The notes beneath the pieces are model-generated. The model had not been told where the DNA came from. It saw nothing but the letters and a program-made list of their open reading frames with translations, and did no database searches. From the NCBI GenBank assembly GCA_050012475.1, contig JBEKHC010000102.1, positions 1 to 17,084 on the forward strand: a stretch of 17,084 nt of DNA, read 5' to 3'. How positions within the stretch are numbered: the first letter of the stretch is position 1; the number at the start of each line of letters is the position of its first letter. Both the position numbers and the translations under genes were made by a program. The DNA comes from Candidatus Velthaea sp. (GTDB lineage: Bacteria; Vulcanimicrobiota; Vulcanimicrobiia; Vulcanimicrobiales; Vulcanimicrobiaceae). Below are positions 7,117 through 17,084 of this stretch, one piece after another.

Positions 7117-7941
7117 TTATTTTATTTGGTGAACGTCCTCAGCGTTGAGCCGCAACCCACCGTTCTCGACGTCCAGAAGCCAGCGACCTTCGTCCACCGA
7201 CTGGGTGACGGTGCCGTTGTTTTCGCGATAGCGCGTGGTGATCCGAACGTTGACTGCATTTGCCGTATCGCCCGGCGTCGCCTCAACAGCGATGTGTTGC
7301 ACGAAGTCGTAGTATTTCACGTAGTCGGCAAAGGGGTTCTTGCGTTGCATTCTTTCCGACAGCATCCCGTACATCATTTGGAAATCGCGCTCGTTCGATA
7401 ACCGGTAATAGGTCTTGACGAAGTCGACGGCCGGAGTGAAAGCACTGGCCGATTCGGCTTGCAAGTCCGAACTAACCGCCGCGAACGAACCGGGAAGCGC
7501 CGTGGCGCTCCGGGACGTGTGCGAATAGGTCAGGATGACGATCGCCGCGATCGCGGTGACCACGAGTGGACGGATGGTCGACCGCGAGAGCGAACGCAAG
7601 AAGGCGCCCGGGCCATACTGATACCCGCACTTGGTGCAACGCTTGATCGGAGCCAGCAAACACAACAATCCAAGCGGAAAGAAGCACGAACAGATCAAGA
7701 TATGCGCCGGCGAGTATTTTATGGTAGAGTTGGCCTCGCCGCACTGCGGACAAACCGCGCCGCCGGCCGCGACATTGTGTGCCGGCTGGCGCGGTGCAGT
7801 CTGCGTCTGGGTCTGCTCGGACGGTGCGGCGGCTGGGGCGAGCGTTACGGTTGAGACCGTATTTGCGGTCGGCGTGAGTGTGCCGCAATACGCGCAAACG
7901 GCTCCGGAAAGTCCCGCGCCGCAGGCGCCGCAAGATGACAA
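7117..7941 (-). CDS. Membrane protein: zinc ribbon, BRI3/LITAF-like domain, TM helix, C-terminal NTF2-like domain
   Basis: CGACGAGLSGAVCAYCG; CPQC...YSPAHILICSCFFPLGLLCLLAPIKRCTKCG; TM PLVVTAIAAIVILTY; FVKTYYRLSNERDFQMMYGMLS helical start followed by beta strands. TTG start after GAGG. Confidence 0.75.
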   Translation of the reverse strand: MSSCGACGAGLSGAVCAYCGTLTPTANTVSTVTLAPAAAPSEQTQTQTAPRQPAHNVAAGGAVCPQCGEANSTIKYSPAHILICSCFFPLGLLCLLAPIKRCTKCGYQYGPGAFLRSLSRSTIRPLVVTAIAAIVILTYSHTSRSATALPGSFAAVSSDLQAESASAFTPAVDFVKTYYRLSNERDFQMMYGMLSERMQRKNPFADYVKYYDFVQHIAVEATPGDTANAVNVRITTRYRENNGTVTQSVDEGRWLLDVENGGLRLNAEDVHQIK

Positions 7942-8178
7942 GACAAGCCTCGTAAAAAGAAGATTCGCGAACCCTTATAAGGTTCGGCCTGCCGTTTCGA
8001 AACATTTAGCAGGCGGACGCCGAGCGGTACTCGGGTCGTGGGCACAGCACGCCGTCCGTAGCGGCGATGCTAAAAACGCTTTCGTTGCCAGCCGATACTA
8101 GTTCCGTAGCAGCAACCGGCATTCACATTGGCAATGGGGCCGCTGGTCGCTACGTCTGCGTCCGTAGATGGAGTTCGC

Positions 8179-8733
8179 GTGTCGCCCACATCCGTGAGTT
8201 GTGCATCGTGTGCCGCGCCGCTTAGCGTTGGTTCGGTAAAGTGCGACTACTGCGGCGTGCAGATCGGAGGCGTCGCGCTGCCGCGCACCGACGAGCCGGG
8301 TTGGGCATCGCCGTTTGCACAAACGCCTGGCACTTCGGGCGCATCAGTCGACGCGGTCTATACGCCCGCGCAGCGCGGACCGGTCGACCTGGCAAAGTTT
8401 TGGCCGGCCGTTAACCGCTGCTTTTATAAGTACTCGATCTTCACCGGCCGCGCTTCGTTAGCCGAATACTGGTGGTGGACCGTTTTCACGTTCGTGGCCA
8501 CCATCGTGCTGGGCGGCATGAGCCATTCGAGAAATCCGCTTCCCGGGATCTTTCAAGTCGCAGCGTTCGTTCCGACGATGGCGGTGACACTGCGTCGATT
8601 GCACGACGTTCGCGAGAGCGGTATGAGCTATTTGTGGATCCTTACCATCGTGGGCGGATTCTACGTGCTCTATTTACTATGCAAACCTTCAGACCGCGGG
8701 CCGAATATGTATGGCGCTCCGGACCCGATCTAG
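8179..8733 (+). CDS. DUF805 (YhaH/YhaI-like) inner membrane protein with N-terminal zinc ribbon
   Basis: DUF805 motifs KYSIFTGRASLAEYWWW, AVTLRRLHD and GPNMYG. N-terminal CASCAAPL...CDYCG. GTG 8179 follows GGAG (ORF track start is 8128). Confidence 0.88.
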   Translation: MSPTSVSCASCAAPLSVGSVKCDYCGVQIGGVALPRTDEPGWASPFAQTPGTSGASVDAVYTPAQRGPVDLAKFWPAVNRCFYKYSIFTGRASLAEYWWWTVFTFVATIVLGGMSHSRNPLPGIFQVAAFVPTMAVTLRRLHDVRESGMSYLWILTIVGGFYVLYLLCKPSDRGPNMYGAPDPI

Positions 8734-8815
8734 ATGAATTCGTCTCGGCTTCGCTCGACGACTGCCAAGGCGGCCCGTCTGGTAGGCGCCGGCCGTCCGC
8801 AGAGGAGAATCATTC

Positions 8816-9865
8816 GTGGCCATCATTGACGTCGTGAAATGGGATGGTTCCCCCCACGTTCTCGCTTGGAAGTATCCTTCGGAAGCGCTGTCGACGTGGA
8901 CCCAACTCATCGTAAACGAAACACAAGAAGCGTATCTGGTCAAAGGTGGCGTCTACGTGGGACCGATCGAGGCCGGCCGGCACACGCTCTCGACGGAAAA
9001 TATCCCGGGACTGTCCGGATTGATCGGACTGCCGTTCGGAGGGCGTTCGCCCTTTACGTCGGAGGTTTGGTTCGTCAACCGCGTGGCCAATCTTGACGTC
9101 CGCTGGGGAACGCCCGATCCGATCCAGCTCGCGGACCCGCAGTACAAGTTGATGCTGCCGGTCCGGGCATACGGGCAATACGGCGTTCGGATCATTGATT
9201 CGCGCAAGTTCTTGATCCGGCTGGTTGGAACGCTGCCACAGTTCGAGGCGTCGACGTTGGCCGAATATTTCCGGGGCGTGTTCATAACTCGAATCAAAAC
9301 CGAGATTGCTAACGCGATCATCATCAACGGTCAGTCGGTGCTCGATATATCGACGGAACTCGGCAAGCTATCCGAGATGCTGCGGGTCTCGCTTTCCGAA
9401 GATATGGCGACGTATGGTCTGAGTCTCTTGCAGTTCAACATCAACTCGATCAATGTCCCGGACTCCGATCCGGCAGTTCAAACGTTGAAAGCGGCGCTTG
9501 CCAAACGCGCGGAGATGACGATCGTCGGATTCAATTACCAACAAGAGCGCAGCTTCGACGTGATGCAGCAAGCTGCCGCCAACGAAGGAACCGCCGGCGC
9601 CGTGATGGGGACGGGTCTCGGAGCGGGTATGGGCGTCGCGATGGGAATGCCCATCGGCCAAAGTTTCATGCAGGCGGGAAGTCAGGTGAAGGTCGAGGCG
9701 GCAAAAACGCCTCCGGAGGAGCCGGCGGTATCGTCAAGTGCCGACCGGATAAAATCTCTGCGCGAACTTGCCCAACTGCGAACCGATGGCATACTCACCG
9801 AGGCGGAGTTCGAGGCCGAGAAGCAGCGAATTCTCAATCCAGCAGGAAAAGGCAGCGGTTCATAA
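8816..9865 (+). CDS. SPFH/band-7 domain protein (YdjI-like) with C-terminal SHOCT domain
   Basis: LAWKYP...QLIVNETQEA...GRHTLSTENIP...GGRSPFTSEVWFVN...RWGTPDPI...VRAYGQY. C-terminal LRELAQLRTDGILTEAEFEAEKQRIL. SD AGGAG. Confidence 0.92.
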   Translation: MAIIDVVKWDGSPHVLAWKYPSEALSTWTQLIVNETQEAYLVKGGVYVGPIEAGRHTLSTENIPGLSGLIGLPFGGRSPFTSEVWFVNRVANLDVRWGTPDPIQLADPQYKLMLPVRAYGQYGVRIIDSRKFLIRLVGTLPQFEASTLAEYFRGVFITRIKTEIANAIIINGQSVLDISTELGKLSEMLRVSLSEDMATYGLSLLQFNINSINVPDSDPAVQTLKAALAKRAEMTIVGFNYQQERSFDVMQQAAANEGTAGAVMGTGLGAGMGVAMGMPIGQSFMQAGSQVKVEAAKTPPEEPAVSSSADRIKSLRELAQLRTDGILTEAEFEAEKQRILNPAGKGSGS

Positions 9866-10327
9866 ATGAACGAGGTTCGATCGACCGGCGCCCCGGTTCG
9901 ATACGCTCGGTTTGCCGGCGTCATCGCCGGCCTGGCGACGGTCGTGATCGGCGCAATAAACGGGATCTCGCTGTTGGCCGGCAGGCCGTCAACGGTGTCA
10001 TTGTGGCTATTCGCCATCTCGGTCGGACTACTGCTCTGCGCAGCGACCTTTTTTGGCCGGTCGATTGCGAGCGATGCTCCCGCATTCGCGCTCATCGGGC
10101 CGGCTTCGTGCTTGAGCGCGCTGTTGTGTCTGATCTCGGGATATGCGCTCTACCTGGCCGTCAACCACGCGAATCCAACAGCGGTCTGGTCGTTCGACGT
10201 CGTCTTCGCTGCCGTGTTCTTTATCGGGTTGGGCATCCTCAAAGCGGCACAGTCGATCGTGGGAAATGCGTCGCTTTCGGATCGCTTCGCGTCGCCGGCG
10301 ACGCAGGCCAAATCGGATGAATGGTAG
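9866..10327 (+). CDS. Hypothetical four-TM membrane protein
   Basis: ATG directly follows the SPFH stop (TAAATG). Four hydrophobic segments. Confidence 0.72.
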   Translation: MNEVRSTGAPVRYARFAGVIAGLATVVIGAINGISLLAGRPSTVSLWLFAISVGLLLCAATFFGRSIASDAPAFALIGPASCLSALLCLISGYALYLAVNHANPTAVWSFDVVFAAVFFIGLGILKAAQSIVGNASLSDRFASPATQAKSDEW

Positions 10328-10340
10328 CGCCGAACGCCAT

Positions 10341-10371
10341 GGATTCGCGGCGCGTTCAGCGCCGCGAATTC
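10341..10371. terminator. GC-rich hairpin between convergent genes, possibly a bidirectional terminator
   Basis: Perfect 11-bp stem ATTCGCGGCGC (10343-10353) / GCGCCGCGAAT (10359-10369) with a 5-nt loop. No clear U-tract. Confidence 0.6.
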
Positions 10372-10373
10372 TG

Positions 10374-11375
10374 TCAGGCCGTGAGCGTGCCGACCATTCG
10401 CAGCGCCGACTCGAAAAGATCGTCCGTGCGCGGTTCCAGGATTGCGCGTTCGAGCAGTGAGGGACTGTCCACGGCTTGCAGCGGGACGAAGCGTCCGGGC
10501 GTCTCGTTTTTTCCGGTGGCCTTGACGAACACGACATTTTCGTCCTGATCGGAGACCCTTGCGCTATAGCGCGTGCTCTCCGTCGAGACTTCGATTGCCC
10601 AAATGCGGCGGATGCGGCCGGCGCGCTCGGATGAGAACGGGATATGGGCGCCGGCGGCGTCGCTGAACTCCAAGTGCGCGGTCGCGGTCCAGCCGAGCGC
10701 ACTCGCGAGCCAGCCACTCAAGTACAGTGCTTCCGCCTCGGATCCGGAAACGATTCGCAGCGAGCGGACGGAATAAAGTTCTTCCCTCAAGGTGGGATCG
10801 TCGAAGAAACGAGCGATCATGTCCTGCCACGGACGCAAACGCATCCACGCCAGATCGCGCAAGCGAATATTCTGACGGCGCGATAAAAAGTGCGTCAATT
10901 CGATCACGGTCGCGCCGTCGTTGCGCGTCCCGGACGAATCGACCACCAGCGAGTCGGCCAGTTCGACGAGCGCGTCAAACGCCGGTTGGCCCGTGATCCC
11001 CTCGCCCGTCCACCACAGCAAGGTCGGCAAGCCGTTCATGGTCAGCGAACCGGTCAGCTCGCGAATCTCGTCAGCCGACATCCCCGTCACGCCGATTTCG
11101 ACGCGCTCGCCATGAACGGTAATGTTGGCATCGTCTGCGGCGCCCGGCTCGCTGCGCACGAGCTTCGCGCCGGGCGGGGTGTCGGGACAGGCGTCGAGCA
11201 AGATCGCCCGGGCCGGATGCTTCTCCAAAATCTTCGTCGTTCGCTCGAGGACCCAAGCTCGAAAGTTGATGTCGTCGATCCAAACGATGAAGTTCATCGT
11301 CGTCGCGGAGACACTCGTCTTGCCGAGTTGCTCGCGCAGCAGGTCGAAGTCCGTCGAGGCAATCGGAGCGGTCAT
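10374..11375 (-). CDS. opcA: Glucose-6-phosphate dehydrogenase assembly protein OpcA
   Basis: TMNFIVW, HPARAILL, LPTLLWW, LVVDS, DLAWMRLRPWQDMIARFFD, LSGWLASALGW. ATG 11375 overlaps the zwf stop (ATGA). Confidence 0.93.
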   Translation of the reverse strand: MTAPIASTDFDLLREQLGKTSVSATTMNFIVWIDDINFRAWVLERTTKILEKHPARAILLDACPDTPPGAKLVRSEPGAADDANITVHGERVEIGVTGMSADEIRELTGSLTMNGLPTLLWWTGEGITGQPAFDALVELADSLVVDSSGTRNDGATVIELTHFLSRRQNIRLRDLAWMRLRPWQDMIARFFDDPTLREELYSVRSLRIVSGSEAEALYLSGWLASALGWTATAHLEFSDAAGAHIPFSSERAGRIRRIWAIEVSTESTRYSARVSDQDENVVFVKATGKNETPGRFVPLQAVDSPSLLERAILEPRTDDLFESALRMVGTLTA

Positions 11376-12958
11376 ATCTTTCTCCACTCACGTCCGTCTG
11401 CGGCGAGCAAACGTTCCGACGACGCAGGGCCTTGCCCGCCTGCGGCATAGTTGGGAAAGGTCTCGTCCGGTACGTCCGACCAGCGTTCGAGGATCGGCAT
11501 CACGGCTCCCCACGCCGCTTGCACCGCGTCCCAACGTGTGAACAGCGTCGCATCGCCGCGCATGGCGTCGCCGATGAGCCGCTCGTATGCCGGCGGTGAC
11601 ACAACGCCGAATCCGGTGCCGTAGTTGAAGTCCATCGTCACCGACCGGATGTGCATCTTGGGGCCGGGAACCTTCGCCGAGAAGCGCAGCGAGATGCCCT
11701 CCTCGGGTTGGATCTTCATGATGAGCACGTTGTTGTCGATCGTGTCGCCCAGTTCGCCGAAGAGCCGGTGCGGAATCGACTTGAAGCGCACGGCGATCTC
11801 GGAGCCTTTACGGGCCAAACGTTTGCCCGAACGAAGATAGAACGGAACGTCGGCCCAGCGCCAGTTGTCGATATAGAACTTGACTGCGGCATACGTCTCA
11901 GTGTTCGAGTCGGGAGCGACGTCGGGCTCGTCGCGATAACCCGGGACCGGCTTGCCGGCGATCGATCCGGCGTCGTATTGGCCGCGCGCGGTGTCCATGA
12001 ACACGCGGTTCCGGTCGATCGGCCGCAGCGCGGTGAGCACCTTGAACTTCTCGTCGCGGATGGCCTCGAAGTCCGAGAGCGCGGGCGGCTCCATCGCCAC
12101 GAGCGTCATCAGGTTGAGCACGTGGTTTTGGATCATGTCGCGCAGCGCGCCGGCATTGTCGTAGTATCCGCCGCGCTGTTCGACGCCGACGGTTTCGGCG
12201 GCGGTAATTTGAATCGAGTCGACGTAGCGGCGATTCCAAATTGGCTCGAAGATGACGTTGGCGAAGCGCAGTGCCATGATGTCCTGCACCGGCTCTTTGC
12301 CCAGATAGTGGTCGATGCGGTAGACCTGGCGCTCGTCGAAGGCTTTCTCGACCTCCGCCTGCAGCGCGCGCGCCGAGTCGAGATCGGTGCCGAACGGCTT
12401 CTCGATGATGATGCGCGTCCAACCGTTTTTGTTGCTGCGCTGTCCTAAACCGGACTGCTCGATCATGTCGATGATCGGTGAAAACAGCGACGGCGGCGTC
12501 GACAAGTAGAACAGCCGGTTCGAGCCCGTGCCCAACGTCTTGTCGTTATTTTCGATGTGCTCGCGCAGCGCGTGAAAAGACTTGACGTCGTCGAAGTCGC
12601 CCGAGATGTACGAGATACGTTTCTCGAAGTCGCTCCAGATCGGATCTTTGGCCGGCCCGCTGCGCGAGAACTCGTCGATCGCCTTCTTCATTTCGGCGCG
12701 GAATTGCTCGTCGGTATAGCTGCTGCGCGAGAAACCGACGATGCCGAAGTCGTTGGGCAGCGTGTCTTCGAGCCGCAAATTGTAGAGCGCGGGCATGAGC
12801 ATGCGCTTCATGAGGTCGCCGCTGGCGCCGAAGAAGATGACGTTGCACGGGTCGTGGATGCGATTCGAATCGATCCCCGCCCGCAACGGGTTCGGCCGCG
12901 CACGCGGCGCGGGGAACCCCGGCCGCATGAGCGTGGCTGACGCGGAACTATCGGACAT
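11372..12958 (-). CDS. zwf: Glucose-6-phosphate 1-dehydrogenase
   Basis: FGASGDL, EKPFG, YRIDHYLGKE, NWRWADVPFYLRSGK. ATG 12958 has a GGGAGG SD (preferred over 13024). Confidence 0.97.
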   Translation of the reverse strand: MSDSSASATLMRPGFPAPRARPNPLRAGIDSNRIHDPCNVIFFGASGDLMKRMLMPALYNLRLEDTLPNDFGIVGFSRSSYTDEQFRAEMKKAIDEFSRSGPAKDPIWSDFEKRISYISGDFDDVKSFHALREHIENNDKTLGTGSNRLFYLSTPPSLFSPIIDMIEQSGLGQRSNKNGWTRIIIEKPFGTDLDSARALQAEVEKAFDERQVYRIDHYLGKEPVQDIMALRFANVIFEPIWNRRYVDSIQITAAETVGVEQRGGYYDNAGALRDMIQNHVLNLMTLVAMEPPALSDFEAIRDEKFKVLTALRPIDRNRVFMDTARGQYDAGSIAGKPVPGYRDEPDVAPDSNTETYAAVKFYIDNWRWADVPFYLRSGKRLARKGSEIAVRFKSIPHRLFGELGDTIDNNVLIMKIQPEEGISLRFSAKVPGPKMHIRSVTMDFNYGTGFGVVSPPAYERLIGDAMRGDATLFTRWDAVQAAWGAVMPILERWSDVPDETFPNYAAGGQGPASSERLLAADGREWRKI

Positions 12959-13046
12959 CGACGACCTCCCCAGCCGCGCCGGCGCGCGACGCGCGCGCCT
13001 CGGTGTTCGCGCACATGCGCTCAAATCCGATCATCCCGTGTTGCAC
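12948..13046 (-). pseudogene. gnd: 5' relic of 6-phosphogluconate dehydrogenase
   Basis: 32-codon frame (M)QHGMIGFERMCANTEARASRAG... aligns without gaps to the usual Gnd N-terminus MQLGMIGLGRMGANMARRLxRAG. It has a GAGAAAAGG SD-like sequence and sits directly upstream of zwf. Confidence 0.75.
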
Positions 13047-13112
13047 GAATTGCCTTTTCTCGGACCCCCCGGCCGTGGGGCCACGCGCAAGTAAAGGCCG
13101 GTTGGCATCGCG

Positions 13113-14255
13113 TTAGCGGGTCGCGGCTACCGCGTCCGGCGCGGCCAGTGCCTGCTGCTTCTTGGTGATCGCGGCAAGCATCTGATCGAACGAGTCGGCG
13201 AACGACTTCACGCCCTCGGCCACCAGCTGGTCGGTAACGTCGGCGAGCGAGATGTTGAGCTTTGCCAGCGCGTCGAGTGAAGCGCGCCCGCCGTCGAGGT
13301 CGGCCGAGATGGTGTCGGCCTGAACTTTGCCGTGATCGAGCAGCGCGTCGAGCGTTTGGGGCGGCACCGTATTGACGGTGTTTTGGGCCACGAGTCCTTC
13401 GACGTACATGAGGTCGCTGAACGCCGGGTTCTTGGTTCCGGTCGAGGCCCACAGCGGCCGCTGGACGTGCGCGCCGTGTTTCCCGCGAGCATCGGCGAAC
13501 GCCGGACCGTCGAAGAGCCCCAGAAACCGCTGGTAGATGATCTTGCTGTTGGCGATCGCGATCTTTCCGATCAGTCCGGCGGCGGCCGAATCGCCGGCTT
13601 TCACTTTGGCGTCGAGCAGCTTGTCGACGGCGGTGTCGATGCGCGATACGAAGATCGACGCCACCGACGCGATCGTATCGACCGGCGCGCCTTTAGCGAT
13701 GCGGTCGTTGATGCCGTCGATGTACGCTTGCGCCGCGGCTTCGTAGGCGTCGACGGAGAACAGCAAAGTCACGTTGACGTTGATGCCCGCTGCGATCGAC
13801 GCCCGAATGGCCGGCACGCCTTCGGGCGTTCCGGGGATTTTGATCATGACGTTCGGCCGGTCGACGTCTTTCCACAACCGCGCGGCGGCGGCGATCGTCG
13901 CTTCGGTGTTGCGCGCGAGCGTCGGCGAGACTTCCAGCGAGACGTAACCGTCGGCGCCGTGGGTCGCGTCGTACAGCGGGCGAAAGGCGTCGCATGCGCT
14001 GCGGATATCGCGCACCGCCAGCGCCTCGAAGAGGTCGCCGCTGTCGGTGACTTTGCCGATGAGCGTCCGCAGCTGCTCGTCGTAGTCGTCACCGTGCCCG
14101 ATGGCCTTTTCGAAGATCGTCGGGTTGGAGGTCATGCCCCGCAGCCCTTGATCGATGAGCGCTTTGAGTTCGCCCGAAGCGAACATCGAGCGGCGGATGT
14201 TGTCGAGCCAGATGCTCTGGCCGAGCTCGGTGAGTCGTTGCATCTGCGTTGCCAT
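13113..14255 (-). CDS. tal: Transaldolase (long type 2 form)
   Basis: GQSIWLDNI, GMTSNPTIF, VSLEVSP, NVMIKIP, INVNVTLLFS, QRPLWASTGTKNP. Confidence 0.97.
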   Translation of the reverse strand: MATQMQRLTELGQSIWLDNIRRSMFASGELKALIDQGLRGMTSNPTIFEKAIGHGDDYDEQLRTLIGKVTDSGDLFEALAVRDIRSACDAFRPLYDATHGADGYVSLEVSPTLARNTEATIAAAARLWKDVDRPNVMIKIPGTPEGVPAIRASIAAGINVNVTLLFSVDAYEAAAQAYIDGINDRIAKGAPVDTIASVASIFVSRIDTAVDKLLDAKVKAGDSAAAGLIGKIAIANSKIIYQRFLGLFDGPAFADARGKHGAHVQRPLWASTGTKNPAFSDLMYVEGLVAQNTVNTVPPQTLDALLDHGKVQADTISADLDGGRASLDALAKLNISLADVTDQLVAEGVKSFADSFDQMLAAITKKQQALAAPDAVAATR

Positions 14256-14276
14256 GATGCTTGTCCTTCTCTGTCG

Positions 14277-16268
<1,992 letters not shown>

Positions 16269-16409
16269 ACAACTCCCGTTTGCGGCCATGGGACCGTGCC
16301 GCCGCTGCTTTGCGTGTGTCCGACCGAGGTTCGCTCCGCAAGGCGCCATCCTTCTCCTACCCAGATCGACCGCGGGGTGCTCTCGCGTTGCCGGTGAACG
16401 TGAGCCGGA

Positions 16410-17084
16410 ATGAACGTGACGGAACTCGAGGCGGCGATTGTGACCCTCGACGGGCACCCGGAGGACATCCGGAAGAAGCGCGGCAAGGCGATCGACCGGG
16501 TCATCGCGTTGCTGGATCGTGGCGAACTGCGCGTCTGCGAGCCGGGCGACGGCGGCTGGGTGACGCATCCGTGGATCAAACGGGCGATTCTGTTGTATTT
16601 TCAGCGCTTGGATTCGGTCGCGATCAATCCCGGCAAAGGCCGAACGGACGGCCCCAGCTACTTCGACAAAATACCGACCAAACGCAACTTCGAGGAAAGC
16701 GGTGCGCGTTGCGTGCCCGGCGGCGTTGCGCGGTTTGGCGCGTTTCTCGGCCGCGGGACGATTCTGATGCCGGGTTTTGTTAATATTGGCGCGTACGTCG
16801 ATGCCGGTTCGATGGTCGACACCTGGGCGACGGTCGGCTCGTGCGCGCAAATCGGCAAGAACGTGCACCTCTCGGGCGGAGTTGGAATCGGCGGTGTGCT
16901 CGAGCCGCCGCAAGCGCAGCCCGTCATCATCGAAGACGGCGCCTTCATCGGTTCGCGTTGCATCGTCGTCGAAGGCGTGCACGTCGAGCGCGAGGCGGTG
17001 CTGGGCGCGGGTGTCGTCCTGACCGCGTCGACGCCGATCGTCGACGTGCGCGGGAGCGAACCGGTGACGAGCAAAGGCCGGATC
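16410..17084 (+). CDS. dapD: 2,3,4,5-tetrahydropyridine-2,6-dicarboxylate N-succinyltransferase, truncated by the window edge and absent from the ORF track
   Basis: Own translation: [10 protein letters not shown]...[12 protein letters not shown]...[10 protein letters not shown]...FDKIPTK...[44 protein letters not shown]. Confidence 0.96.
   Translation, partial: MNVTELEAAIVTLDGHPEDIRKKRGKAIDRVIALLDRGELRVCEPGDGGWVTHPWIKRAILLYFQRLDSVAINPGKGRTDGPSYFDKIPTKRNFEESGARCVPGGVARFGAFLGRGTILMPGFVNIGAYVDAGSMVDTWATVGSCAQIGKNVHLSGGVGIGGVLEPPQAQPVIIEDGAFIGSRCIVVEGVHVEREAVLGAGVVLTASTPIVDVRGSEPVTSKGRI

Noticed and set aside
8734..8829. 31-codon ORF starting right after the DUF805 stop
   Set aside because: No recognisable features, and it overlaps the SD and start of the SPFH gene.
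7021..10373. Cassette as a defined mobile element with att sites or target duplication
   Set aside because: Only a short GGATTCG match near both borders; no transposase, integrase or terminal repeats.
12959..13024. 22-aa N-terminal extension of zwf
   Set aside because: ATG 12958 has a GGGAGG SD, and the upstream stretch is better explained as the gnd relic in another frame.
16269..16982. 901-aa transketolase with a long N-terminal extension
   Set aside because: The extension is mostly the antisense of dapD. Transketolase similarity starts at ATG 16268, which has a good SD.

Overview
GC-rich bacterial chromosomal window from a diderm (TolC present). The gene set is reminiscent of Vulcanimicrobiota/Eremiobacterota, but that is an unverified guess. 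From left to right it holds: (i) a decayed array of ~30-bp hairpin repeats; (ii) a PBP-A/class A beta-lactamase-like serine hydrolase (minus strand); (iii) a divergent operon behind a sigma70-type promoter flanked by two inverted 20-bp operator-like sites, encoding a STAS-signal peptide-LolA-like fusion, a TetR regulator, an EmrA-type adaptor and a long TolC, with no inner-membrane pump; (iv) three perfect copies of the same hairpin repeat; (v) a pentose phosphate cluster tkt-tal-zwf-opcA-pgl (minus strand); (vi) the 5' part of dapD. The pentose phosphate cluster carries a 32-codon gnd relic between tal and zwf. It is split between opcA and pgl by a lower-GC ~3.3 kb cassette encoding a zinc-ribbon protein with a BRI3/LITAF-like domain, a zinc-ribbon-DUF805 protein, a YdjI-like SPFH-SHOCT protein and a 4-TM protein. 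All family assignments are by eye from motifs; no database searches were run.
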